Source: Candidatus Poribacteria bacterium (lineage in GTDB: Bacteria; Poribacteria; WGA-4E; WGA-3G). From it: DNA of 64,000 bases. Every line of letters starts with the position of its first letter. Position 1 is the stretch's first letter. Below the pieces are notes generated by a model. The model saw only the letters and a program-made list of their open reading frames with translations. It was not told where the DNA came from and ran no database searches. Where the stretch lies: contig OZ251518.1 of the NCBI GenBank assembly GCA_965242965.1, forward strand, positions 192,001 to 256,000, given 5' to 3'. Position numbers and translations under genes: made by a program. Shown here one piece after another: positions 29,561-38,570 of this stretch.

Positions 29561-29944
29561 TCCTAACTTATACCGATTTGTCACCGGCTGCCATTCACGG
29601 ATGAGTGCCGTTTCAAGTTCCAACGTCTCCACCGGCTCCTCGGTAAGAGCAAAAGAGAAATAGACGAATTCGCCGAACATCCGAAGTTCAGTCCGAAGTT
29701 TCGGATTCTCCTCATTAGAGAGATGTTGTAGCAAGCGGCGGCGCACACAAGTAGTAGAAACACCGGCGTAGAGACGTTCGTAAGTTGCCTCTCCCTCAAC
29801 ATCGGTGGCGAGCCAAATTGCATATAGTCCACAGCGGTTCTTTGGTAATCGCAACACTGCCTCACGAGTGAACGGTTCGCGCGTCTTTTCTAACTGATAT
29901 TTGACGTTAAAGATTCCTGTATAGGTGGCTTGTGATTCGCGCAT
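29558..29944 (-). CDS. small GIY-YIG family nuclease
   Basis: GLY-x16-YAG, RRRLLQH, ELETALI, QPVTN; CAGGAG RBS 6 nt before ATG 29944. The longer track ORF overlaps the Rpn gene and is likely over-extended. Confidence 0.75.
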   Translation of the reverse strand: MRESQATYTGIFNVKYQLEKTREPFTREAVLRLPKNRCGLYAIWLATDVEGEATYERLYAGVSTTCVRRRLLQHLSNEENPKLRTELRMFGEFVYFSFALTEEPVETLELETALIREWQPVTNRYKLG

Positions 29945-29986
29945 GCGCATCTCCTGAAATACGGTTTTCGCTTTTGCGTAAAAACG

Positions 29987-30016
29987 TTGACATTTCTGCA
30001 CAGATTGGTGTATACT
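29987..30016 (+). promoter_or_regulatory. sigma70-type promoter, probably giving a leaderless rpn mRNA
   Basis: TTGACA-18 bp-TATACT; ATG 30023 begins 7 nt after the -10; no SD. Confidence 0.6.
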
Positions 30017-30022
30017 ATTAAT

Positions 30023-31018
30023 ATGACACGACAAAACATCATTCAACCCGAAATTGATTGGGCAGCTATCCCTGGTCAGAAATATGACATTACCTCGAAA
30101 AGTGTGTTTCGCGCTTTTCCGCAAGATGTCGCGAGCTATCTTATGAACGATCCGACGCTTAAGTTTCTTGAATTCATTGATAGCGGACTTCCGCTCGTGG
30201 AAACACGCGAGATGGACATCTTGATGAAAGTTGAAATCCGCGGCAGGCTCACCCTGGTGCACTTTGAGATCCAGGCAGCCGAGAGCACGCATCAACGCAT
30301 GGTGCGCCGAACCGTCGGATACATCGGCAGAGTCTACGAAAAACACGGCCTGCCGGTCCGCTCACACGTTATTTACTTGCGGCCAGGTGCTGGGCGCAAT
30401 GACCCGGGGGTGTATACCCAATCGGATCCGGGGTATAGAATCCACATCGAGTATCAGGTAATTCGCCTGTATGAACTCGATGGGCAATCGGTATTAGATG
30501 CGGCGAACGTTGGTTTGATCCCGTTTGCGCCGCTGATGCAGCCGCCGGCGGGCTCGGAAGGCATCGCTTGGGTGCAGGAGTGCATCGAAGCCACGCGGGA
30601 ATTACAGCTTGAGCCGCTGAGTCGACCGGATTACTTGACATCGCTTGGGATTTTGAGCGGGCTCGCGCATGACCCGAACGTTGTCGCCACTCTCATTCCA
30701 GAGGAGGTTAGAATGGAATCAGGTTTTTATCGGCTGATGCAAGAAGAAGCGCGGCAATCAGTCGAGGCTGAAGTCCAAGCGAGGGTTGAGGCAGAAATCG
30801 AGGCAAAAACCCGCCAACGAGTCACACGCGAAAATGCTATTGAGAGCATCCTTGATGTGCTGGACGTGCGGTTTCAGTCAACTCTCATGCAACTCTTCAA
30901 GGCGCACCTGGAGCAGATTGACGATTTGCAGCAACTTAGGCAGCTGCACCGCGCAGCAGTAAGCGCACCAAGCCTTGAAGCCTTCACCGAAACTTTGGTG
31001 CAAAACGGCAACAACTAA
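30023..31018 (+). CDS. Rpn family (YhgA-like) PD-(D/E)xK nuclease / recombination-promoting nuclease
   Basis: KYDITSK, REMDIL...LVHFEIQ, RMVRR..Y, PVRSHVIYL, YQVIRLYE, LIPFAPLM; DUF4351-like C-terminus (LDVRF...IDDLQQLRQL). Confidence 0.85.
   Translation: MTRQNIIQPEIDWAAIPGQKYDITSKSVFRAFPQDVASYLMNDPTLKFLEFIDSGLPLVETREMDILMKVEIRGRLTLVHFEIQAAESTHQRMVRRTVGYIGRVYEKHGLPVRSHVIYLRPGAGRNDPGVYTQSDPGYRIHIEYQVIRLYELDGQSVLDAANVGLIPFAPLMQPPAGSEGIAWVQECIEATRELQLEPLSRPDYLTSLGILSGLAHDPNVVATLIPEEVRMESGFYRLMQEEARQSVEAEVQARVEAEIEAKTRQRVTRENAIESILDVLDVRFQSTLMQLFKAHLEQIDDLQQLRQLHRAAVSAPSLEAFTETLVQNGNN
30713..31018 (+). CDS. putative intragenic small protein RpnS (antitoxin), in frame with rpn
   Basis: GAGGAGG at 30701-30707 followed by in-frame ATG at 30713, the architecture described for Rpn toxin/intragenic antitoxin pairs. 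Confidence 0.6.
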   Translation: MESGFYRLMQEEARQSVEAEVQARVEAEIEAKTRQRVTRENAIESILDVLDVRFQSTLMQLFKAHLEQIDDLQQLRQLHRAAVSAPSLEAFTETLVQNGNN

Positions 31019-31089
31019 TTCCAAATGAGGTCGATTCGTCTTGCCTCAGTAGGACAAGATGAGTTCACTAGAACTTGATCTATTTGGAA
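31019..31089 (+). other. putative structured RNA/ssDNA element (3-way junction) between rpn and the RpnS copy
   Basis: Outer stem TTCCAAAT(G)AGGTCGA/TTGATCTATTTGGAA; inner hairpins CGTCTTGCCT-CAGT-AGGACAAGATG and GTTC-ACTA-GAAC. Confidence 0.4.
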
Positions 31090-31194
31090 TCTGACTCCTT
31101 TGCAGGCAACCCGAAACTACTCAGGTTAATTTCGTAAATCCTGCTCGCGCATGACCCGAACGTTGTCGCCACTCTCATTCCAGAGGAGGTTAGA

Positions 31195-31581
31195 ATGGAA
31201 TCAGGTTTTTATGAGCTGATGCAAGCAGAAGCGCGGCAATCAGTTGAGGCAGAAACCCGCGCGAAAGTTGAGGCAGAAATCCGCGCGAAGGTTGAAGCAA
31301 AAATCCGGGTCGAAGTCGAGGCTGAAACCCTGGCGAAATTCATCGCAGAAATGGATGAAACCTGGACAAAGGAGTACCAGCAAGCTACCCACAAAGTTGC
31401 TGTAAAAAGCATCCTTACCGTCCTAGACATGCGATTTCAATCCATTCTGGTGCAATGCTTAAAACCAGCGATTGAGCAGATTGACGATTTGCAACAAATT
31501 AGGCAGCTGCTCCTCCAAGCATTACAAGCACCAAGCCTTGAAGCCTTCGCCGAAACGTTGGTGCAAAACGGCAACAACTAA
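31195..31581 (+). CDS. stand-alone RpnS-like protein (duplicated rpn C-terminal module)
   Basis: 31143-31212 is identical to 30661-30730 including RBS and ATG; ends APSLEAF(A/T)ETLVQNGNN like rpn. Confidence 0.8.
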   Translation: MESGFYELMQAEARQSVEAETRAKVEAEIRAKVEAKIRVEVEAETLAKFIAEMDETWTKEYQQATHKVAVKSILTVLDMRFQSILVQCLKPAIEQIDDLQQIRQLLLQALQAPSLEAFAETLVQNGNN

Positions 31582-31590
31582 ACTTGGCAA

Positions 31591-31619
31591 GGCGCGGGCT
31601 CCTCTGTGGAGCCCGCGCC
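31591..31619. terminator. GC-rich hairpin between convergent genes
   Basis: GGCGCGGGCTCC-TCTGT-GGAGCCCGCGCC, 12-bp perfect stem; no clear U-tract. Confidence 0.55.
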
Positions 31620-31630
31620 CCCGCGCCTTC

Positions 31631-34456
31631 TCACTCCCTCAAATTCATTTCCTCCTGCACATCTTCACGCGAACGCGACGCAATGACCTCCCACGAAGTC
31701 ACAAGATTGTTGAAAAGCACCGCATTCGCCGAATCCCCGCGCCTGTCATAGTGATTATACAGAATCCGCGCCAGACGCTCAACCGACGCAACATCGCTTG
31801 ACTTAGAATCGTCCCGCATCGCACGCGCAACCCGTGCAGCACCCGACACATCATCACTCTCCTCGTTCGCAGGATTCAGTTGATATACCATCAGATAACA
31901 CGCCTCCCACGCCGTTATCTGCGACAGCGACGCATCAGCATTCCGATGCGCGGGACCATACGCCGATGGCGGCAACAACTGCACGCTTCCCTTCTCCGCC
32001 GTTAGCACGCGCCCCTGCATCGAAGGAATAGCCACAACACTTGCCTTCGCCAACGTTTCCGCTTCCCCATACGCCGCCGACGCATAGCCGTGCTGCTTAA
32101 ACCATGTCAAACAGAAACGCGTCCGCGGATCGAACTCTCCCTCCTGCTGCTCATGATAATTGTCGATCTCGCGGTTAATCGCCATCAGTGCCTCGCGCAC
32201 CGTAACCTCCACTAACTCCTCATCGCGCATCGTTTTGACGCTACTATAACGAGAGTAGACCTCCATCCCGGGCCCGATGGCGGCTTGCGCCAAATCTACA
32301 GGCGCGATATGCGCCTCGCGCGTCAGCCTATCCAATGCCGCGGGCATCTCATTCCTGAGGGCAGTGAGGAACCCGCCGTAACTGATGTTCGATGCCGATT
32401 CAGGACGCGGCCGACAAACGAGGACGATAGATGATGCGAGCACGTTCTTCCCTTTCTTAATCCCGGTAGGCAGTTCAGTCCGCATTGGCCATGTGCCAAC
32501 GATTTGGAAACCGGCGGAGATAAGCGCAGTAAGCATTGTCTCCCATCCGGTGGAAGTTCTGCCATCTCGTTCCTTTTCCTCTTGTTTATAGGCATAGAAG
32601 ATAGACGAAGGAAATTGGTTTGAACACCTTTCCCGGATCCGGCGGAGTGTTTTGTGCAACAGTTCCTCAAAGCGCCCTCGCGAGTTCGCAAACCGCTGCT
32701 GATTCGCAATCATTTCTTCCGTTTTAGGGGTTGACATACCCGCAAATAATTCCGGATAAATACCACGAAGTGGATTCCTCAACCAGACATAGAAGAAATC
32801 AGAAAAATCGGCATACCCTATATTGTCATAATAGGGCGGATCGGTGACGATGACAGGCCCGCCTGCCACGTGCGGTGTCTCGGCGGCATCCGCTTGAAAT
32901 ACTTCTCCAGCATTTGCTGAAGCAGGCAGTCGCTGCACCACATTCGCTATCGATTCCACTTGTTTTATCCAGTTTTGAGTTGAAGAAGAAAACGGATTCG
33001 TCTCGGCAAAATCCCACCTCATTCCAATTGCCTGAACTCCGAAAACCCCGGTTATCTTGTCTCCCGTATTCTGCCATCCGGTGCAACGGGAACCACCATT
33101 AGCAGATTTCCCAATAGCAAGAGTTAGATAGCTGCATACTGCATCAGCGTAATCCACTGTTGCTCCACACTGTAAGATTTGGCTTCGGACCTCGTTCTGC
33201 AAGTCACTGAAGGAAGTTAGTGCCCTCAATTGTCGACCTCTGAACAGTTGATGCCAATGCGTGACTCCGTAATTCTGCACACGTAAATTTGGGGATTCCT
33301 TTGGCAATCTTGTGCTAGGTCGCCAATTAGGTTTGGCGGCAAGAGCAACTTCAATGTGTTCCTCAGTAGGCGGCAAAAATAAACGTTGTCGATCTCCTTC
33401 AGCAACTATCGCAGTCATTGTTTCGCCCATTTTGCCAGCTCTCGCTTGTTCACGAACATAGGGCAGTTTTACCGGTGTTCTACAAGCAAGACAGATGGCA
33501 CCGTTACGGTTTACCGTCCCCTTATCAGGCACGCCAGCATCATGGTTTTGCACGACAAAGGAAACCGTATTTGACTCGCGATCCACAACGGGCCGAATCC
33601 AATGCTCATTTCCCTTTTTCTTCGACAACTGAAATGTCTTAAGCAGCGGCATCGCTATACGACATGCGGGATTAGCGCAAGGCACCGTGCGTGCCCACAG
33701 CCATGCGATGACAGTCGCCTCTGTCCCATCAGCCGTTTTCACCTTCGGATAAAATTCGCCGATGCGTTTATATGCCTCTTCGCGCATCCAATTTCCGTAG
33801 TAACGGATGTCGTTTGCTAACCCGGCGGTGCCGGTCCACGCAACCTGTTCTCGCCTTCTACCGGTGCCGACGAACATGCCCAACGGATCTGCCTCCGGAT
33901 TCACCGGCGGCTGATTACGGAACGGATGTGGCAACTCTATCATCGCTTTGTTGAGTAACACCGCGACTGGGTTAAGATCGGAGGCCACGGCACGAAGACC
34001 GAGTTGTTGTGCTGCAAGCGGAATAGAACCGCCGCCGCAAAAGGGATCGTGAATAGGAAGGGCTCTCTCACGTAAGTAAGAAAGAACTTCACCAGATTCT
34101 GTAGGGGCAGTTTCGCCGTGAGAACGCGCCACAGAACGTGCAATCTCATAGCGTGCTGCCGCCAGAAGTGACTCGTCGCTGCTATTTTCCCATATCACGA
34201 GTTGCCTGATAATCGCGTGGAGCCGCTCACGCTCCCTCTCCTGATCGGTTTCAGTAGGAAATTCCCCCAGGCATTCAGAGGGATCGTCTACCATACTTGC
34301 GAAAATAACTGCCCGACAAGCAGCAAGAGGACGACGAGCCCACCATAAGTGCAGCGTGGAGGGATGGCCATGCCGTATTGACTTCTCGCGCGCAGATTCA
34401 CGATTGATGTCGTCTAACGGCAAATCGACTTCAATCAGTTTCTTTCGGTAGTTCAT
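31631..34456 (-). CDS. DUF1156-domain adenine DNA methyltransferase
   Basis: KKLIEVDLPL, LHLWWARRP, DPFCGGGSIP (motif I), TDPPYYDN (motif IV), CxxxxC/CxxC Zn sites. Confidence 0.92.
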   Translation of the reverse strand: MNYRKKLIEVDLPLDDINRESAREKSIRHGHPSTLHLWWARRPLAACRAVIFASMVDDPSECLGEFPTETDQERERERLHAIIRQLVIWENSSDESLLAAARYEIARSVARSHGETAPTESGEVLSYLRERALPIHDPFCGGGSIPLAAQQLGLRAVASDLNPVAVLLNKAMIELPHPFRNQPPVNPEADPLGMFVGTGRRREQVAWTGTAGLANDIRYYGNWMREEAYKRIGEFYPKVKTADGTEATVIAWLWARTVPCANPACRIAMPLLKTFQLSKKKGNEHWIRPVVDRESNTVSFVVQNHDAGVPDKGTVNRNGAICLACRTPVKLPYVREQARAGKMGETMTAIVAEGDRQRLFLPPTEEHIEVALAAKPNWRPSTRLPKESPNLRVQNYGVTHWHQLFRGRQLRALTSFSDLQNEVRSQILQCGATVDYADAVCSYLTLAIGKSANGGSRCTGWQNTGDKITGVFGVQAIGMRWDFAETNPFSSSTQNWIKQVESIANVVQRLPASANAGEVFQADAAETPHVAGGPVIVTDPPYYDNIGYADFSDFFYVWLRNPLRGIYPELFAGMSTPKTEEMIANQQRFANSRGRFEELLHKTLRRIRERCSNQFPSSIFYAYKQEEKERDGRTSTGWETMLTALISAGFQIVGTWPMRTELPTGIKKGKNVLASSIVLVCRPRPESASNISYGGFLTALRNEMPAALDRLTREAHIAPVDLAQAAIGPGMEVYSRYSSVKTMRDEELVEVTVREALMAINREIDNYHEQQEGEFDPRTRFCLTWFKQHGYASAAYGEAETLAKASVVAIPSMQGRVLTAEKGSVQLLPPSAYGPAHRNADASLSQITAWEACYLMVYQLNPANEESDDVSGAARVARAMRDDSKSSDVASVERLARILYNHYDRRGDSANAVLFNNLVTSWEVIASRSREDVQEEMNLRE

Positions 34457-34473
34457 TCAGGTTGTTTACCTCG

Positions 34474-37400
34474 CTATTCATAAACGTTCACGTCAACGTC
34501 CAACTCAACGCTATTTTCCCTGACAGAACGTTCAATGTTTTGGGAGAAACCGTCTGCCTTATAGGCGGTGATGGTAATCTCCACGGTGACTTCGCCGCCA
34601 TCGGTGCCAAGGGGGCCAATGATTTCTTGGCGCAGGTCATCGATGTCGTCAAGGGAGAGTTCACCTCGGACGGTTTTTCGAGCGACGATGCGCTTGGAAC
34701 CAAGTTCTTTCTGGCTCTTCTCGACAGATGCCTTTTCGGGGGAAACCAGCACACCGTCCATTGCGACTATGCCGGATGCCAAGTTCTCGCGGAAATGCAG
34801 GTTTTCGTAAGCGAATGCGGAGGTCGCGTTGGCATAGCCGGTTGCGTATCCGAATTTTCCCTGCGGCACGCCTTGCTCGATGCACCTGATGAGGGTTTCG
34901 GTTTCCAATTGGTTTGCATCGACATGTTCTGGCAGCATGCCCCACAGCGTATCAATGCCGACGTAGTCGCGGGCATCCCAAACGTTTTCCTGCAATATCG
35001 GCGTGAGGGAGTCCAGAGAAAGGCGTGGCTTCAAACCGGCAATGTCCGGCTTGACGATTAAGCCGTTCGGATTGACGGTGGAGACCGGTTGACTAAAACA
35101 GAGTCCCTGATATGCTTCCTGTTCTGCGTCGTAATTGTCGGCATATCCGAACGTGCCGTTGAGGACACCTTCCTTGATAGCATTCGTCAGCACTTCTCGG
35201 TTTCGGAGTCTCGGCATGTAGACATGCTGCGTCATCATTTTCCACAGCGCATCAATGCCGATGCTGTCGCCGTTATCCCAGACATATTGGGTTAACAGCG
35301 CGTTCAGCGATTCGGGGGTTTCATATTCGATGAGTGCCTCTGTTGCCTTGAAGGTATCAAACGCGCTTTCAACGATGTCGCCGTTCTCCAAAATGCGGGT
35401 TTGTTCCGGAAACATCTGGAATTTGGTAACCTGCGGGTCCAACTGCGCGGGTGCGATTGCCCATCGGTATGCCTTCGGTATCGTGCTACGGATGAGTTCT
35501 TCCGCTCTTCGCAGGCTTGCTTGTGCCTGTTGAAGCCGTTCCCCCGCGAGGTTTTGGACGCGGCGTTCGCCGGCGAGGATAGATTTCCACGCCAGATATT
35601 CGCGCGCGTGGATTTTCAAGGTGCGGATGTCGTCATTCTTCGCTGTCAGAAAGAGGAGCGTGTTCCGATGCGTCCGTTCGGCGTTTGCGCACTGCCTGAG
35701 AATGTGCAGCGCGGTTGGCGTTGCATCATCACTTTCGGCGGTGCGGCTCGGTAGCAATTTATCTGGCGGCAGGATGACGAGACGGAGCTCATCTGAGTCC
35801 GGAATCGCGTCCACATTCTCTGGACAGACGATAATTCCCGTTCTTCGCCGGCCGACAGCCTCGCCGAGTTCAGTAACGATATGTTCGTTCAGTTCATCGT
35901 TATTGAGTGCCGCAGCCCGATCGATCGCCACCTTATTAAGATTTTCCTCGGCGTGGAAGAAATAGCGGTTGTCGTCAATGTAGAGATAGTAGAGACTGCC
36001 GGTCATCTCCCGGATAGCCTCGGTGTAAGTGGAGATGCGCTGGCTGGGTTGCACGACCCCGAGGTGGATGCGATTGGCATCGATCCCTTTAATAGCCCCA
36101 CTCGGACAACTGCCGAGGAAGACGGTGCGCGCAATGCGCCGGGCGGCACCACCGAGTGCTGCGAACCGCTGCGTTTCATCAATCACATCCACGCGCGAAC
36201 CGTCGCTGTCTACCTCTGCCAGCACAGCCTCCCACTGTCCCGATAGCAGCTTCTCGAATTCCGCGGCGAGATTCGGATCATTCAACGGCAGATTCCCCGG
36301 CATGATGAGCGGCGATGTGTCTGTCCGATAGAGCCGGCTGATGCAGTTCGCCAGGAGCCGAAGCACGCCGCGTGTGCGCTGAAATGCGTGAATCGATGAC
36401 CAGTCCGAATGGAGCCGGTCAAATATCTCTGGATGAATCGGGTAGCACGCCTTCATCCGCTCAAGGTAACGTTGCTCATGAACGCCGGGTGGAAACTCCT
36501 TTTTTGCTCTGTTATAGATAGCGAGAAAGGCGTTGCAAGTCCGGTCGCGTTCCGCTGTGTCAATTTCGTTGCCGAACAATCTCCGGCGCACGACTTCAAA
36601 CGCCTCGTTCGTCTCCAACGGTTTCCAGATGGATTCAACGCGTCCGATGCGGGCTTCAAGCGTGGCAAGAATCTCTGCGCCTTTCACACCGCCTGCTTCA
36701 AGTTCGCTTTGAGGAAGCGTTACCACAAGCACAACGTTGTCGCTCCGACGCACCACTTCGCTGAGGATCTGGACAAAGGTGTAGTTCACCTCTAAATTCT
36801 CACCGGTGTTGAGCATATAGGCTACCAGTTCGTCAATCAGGATGACACACGGGCCGATGTGTTGGAAGAGTTTGTCGAGCTGTTCTCCGCCGGGAGAGAC
36901 ATCTTGCCGCCTTGCCGCCTCGCGGATAGTTTTGTATGCCTGCTGTCCACCGAGTTGGTATGCCATTACCCCCCACAGCGTATTCAGCGGTTCTCCATCT
37001 TCTGTCACGTTCGTATCCGTGGGTGACAGCCAAGTGCCGGAAAGGACGGCCACCTTCGGCTGGACGCTTCCGTCCCATTCTGCTTCCTGCAAGATACTAT
37101 GAATTTCGGTGCGGGTCTGCACAGATTCGCTATCCGCTGGCATGTTGGCGAGAGCCTCAACGCTATTGACGAGGTGATAGAGCGCGATGAGACTGTGGGT
37201 TTTGCCGCCGCCAAACCCGGTTTTCATCTGGATAATCCGATGTCCGTCCTTACCGCCGAGGCGTTTCAAGGCGTTTACCAACAGCGTGCGGATGCCGCCT
37301 GTCAGGTAGGTCTGGTTGAAGAAACTGACCGGATTGCCGTAGCTAGTTGCGCTGGCTGAGCCATCGTAAACTTGCTGCAGGTCTGCCGCCAACTCCGCCT

Positions 37401-38004
37401 CCTCAAACGTGCCTTGCGTCAGCTCCAGATTCGGCGGGATGACTTCGCGCCACGGCTTAAGTCCGCTGGCATCCGGTGCTGATGTCACCTGCGGTTTCTC
37501 GCGGGTTTGCGGTGGTTCTGCTATCGGTTCAGTTGCGAAGAGCGCGTCGCGGATTTCTTCCACCGCCTGCTTCTCGTCCGGGCAACCGATTTTGCCGAGC
37601 ACCTCGGCGATATGAAACAGACTGGTTCGCGTGTATTCCGCTTCCAGGTCATCCCTGTCGGGATGCGCGGCGTGATTCCGCGCCATCCCGATGAGACGAA
37701 GCCTGTCTTGCACCGTCATATCCGAGGTAAATTGCGGCCCGAAGACCTCGCGTTTCCAATTTCTACTGACGAGATAGGGAAAGTGCCCGATGTCAATGAG
37801 TGCTTCCACGTCAGCACCGCTTGTTGCCAGCCGGTCATCAAATTCGTCTGCTTGTCTCGGCGGCAATGAGTCGTAAACGGCATCCTCAAGACGCTTTCCT
37901 TGCACCCGTTTTAGCGAACGGACGAGGAATGGGCGCATGGCATCACGATAGATGTCAAGTGCCTTGTTGAGTGCATCGCGTTTGGGACGTTCAGTGGTGT
38001 TCAT
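34474..38004 (-). CDS. Swt1-type HEPN domain fused to DUF499 AAA+ ATPase
   Basis: N-terminal RNHAAH (Rx4H); LKPWREVIPP, TGFGGGKTHSLIALYH, ILIDELV, FEVVRRRLF, YPIHPE and FQRTRGVLRL motifs. Confidence 0.92.
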   Translation of the reverse strand: MNTTERPKRDALNKALDIYRDAMRPFLVRSLKRVQGKRLEDAVYDSLPPRQADEFDDRLATSGADVEALIDIGHFPYLVSRNWKREVFGPQFTSDMTVQDRLRLIGMARNHAAHPDRDDLEAEYTRTSLFHIAEVLGKIGCPDEKQAVEEIRDALFATEPIAEPPQTREKPQVTSAPDASGLKPWREVIPPNLELTQGTFEEAELAADLQQVYDGSASATSYGNPVSFFNQTYLTGGIRTLLVNALKRLGGKDGHRIIQMKTGFGGGKTHSLIALYHLVNSVEALANMPADSESVQTRTEIHSILQEAEWDGSVQPKVAVLSGTWLSPTDTNVTEDGEPLNTLWGVMAYQLGGQQAYKTIREAARRQDVSPGGEQLDKLFQHIGPCVILIDELVAYMLNTGENLEVNYTFVQILSEVVRRSDNVVLVVTLPQSELEAGGVKGAEILATLEARIGRVESIWKPLETNEAFEVVRRRLFGNEIDTAERDRTCNAFLAIYNRAKKEFPPGVHEQRYLERMKACYPIHPEIFDRLHSDWSSIHAFQRTRGVLRLLANCISRLYRTDTSPLIMPGNLPLNDPNLAAEFEKLLSGQWEAVLAEVDSDGSRVDVIDETQRFAALGGAARRIARTVFLGSCPSGAIKGIDANRIHLGVVQPSQRISTYTEAIREMTGSLYYLYIDDNRYFFHAEENLNKVAIDRAAALNNDELNEHIVTELGEAVGRRRTGIIVCPENVDAIPDSDELRLVILPPDKLLPSRTAESDDATPTALHILRQCANAERTHRNTLLFLTAKNDDIRTLKIHAREYLAWKSILAGERRVQNLAGERLQQAQASLRRAEELIRSTIPKAYRWAIAPAQLDPQVTKFQMFPEQTRILENGDIVESAFDTFKATEALIEYETPESLNALLTQYVWDNGDSIGIDALWKMMTQHVYMPRLRNREVLTNAIKEGVLNGTFGYADNYDAEQEAYQGLCFSQPVSTVNPNGLIVKPDIAGLKPRLSLDSLTPILQENVWDARDYVGIDTLWGMLPEHVDANQLETETLIRCIEQGVPQGKFGYATGYANATSAFAYENLHFRENLASGIVAMDGVLVSPEKASVEKSQKELGSKRIVARKTVRGELSLDDIDDLRQEIIGPLGTDGGEVTVEITITAYKADGFSQNIERSVRENSVELDVDVNVYE

Positions 38005-38026
38005 GGTTTAAAAGGGGAGCGCGCCT

Positions 38027-38180
38027 CCTGTCGCGCGGGAAGAACGGTAGGAGAGACCTGGCCCGTAGCGCGGGGGCCTGTCCCCCGCGATCGCGTCGCG
38101 GGGGAAGAACAGTAGGAGAGACCTCCTGGTCTCGATGCAATACCGTATGGAGCACCTCTTGTCGCGCGGGAAGAACAGAG
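38027..38180. repeat. Three copies of GTCGCG(C/G)GGGAAGAAC interleaved with GTAG REPs upstream of the DUF499 gene
   Basis: Copies at about 38030, 38095 and 38161. Confidence 0.75.
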
Positions 38181-38570
38181 ATAGCCCCTTGGTAGGAAAT
38201 CCAAGGAGCTCCGGTAGCGTTTGCCAACTCCGCGCGGCGCGCAGGAAGGCGTTGCCGTGCGGTTTAGAATGCGAAAATGGAACTTACAATTTGTGAAGGG
38301 GGGGGGGTCTTAAGCCCTAAAAAGTAGGGCATCGAGACCGGGAGCCTACCTGAAAAGGCGAACAGAGCAGGGCGCGAGAGGACAAGCACACGGCCCAGGC
38401 AGAGAGCATTTGGGGGATGCGCGTTCGGCATTTGTGGATTTCGGCTGCAAGGCCAGCGTGCTCGGTGTGCGTCGGTTTCAGCCATAGGTTCACCGTAGGC
38501 GCGCGTCGGCACAGCCCTTATTTTTTCCTGCATCGTCTTATATCCTAATGTTTGCGTTCGTTCGCTTAAT

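Noticed and set aside
29945-30346. N-terminal extension of the 262-aa GIY-YIG ORF in the track
   Set aside because: It overlaps rpn on the opposite strand; an RBS supports a start at 29944.
31010-31142. Integron attC site between rpn and its duplicate
   Set aside because: No proper RYYYAAC...GTTRRRY core pair, and no integrase in the window.
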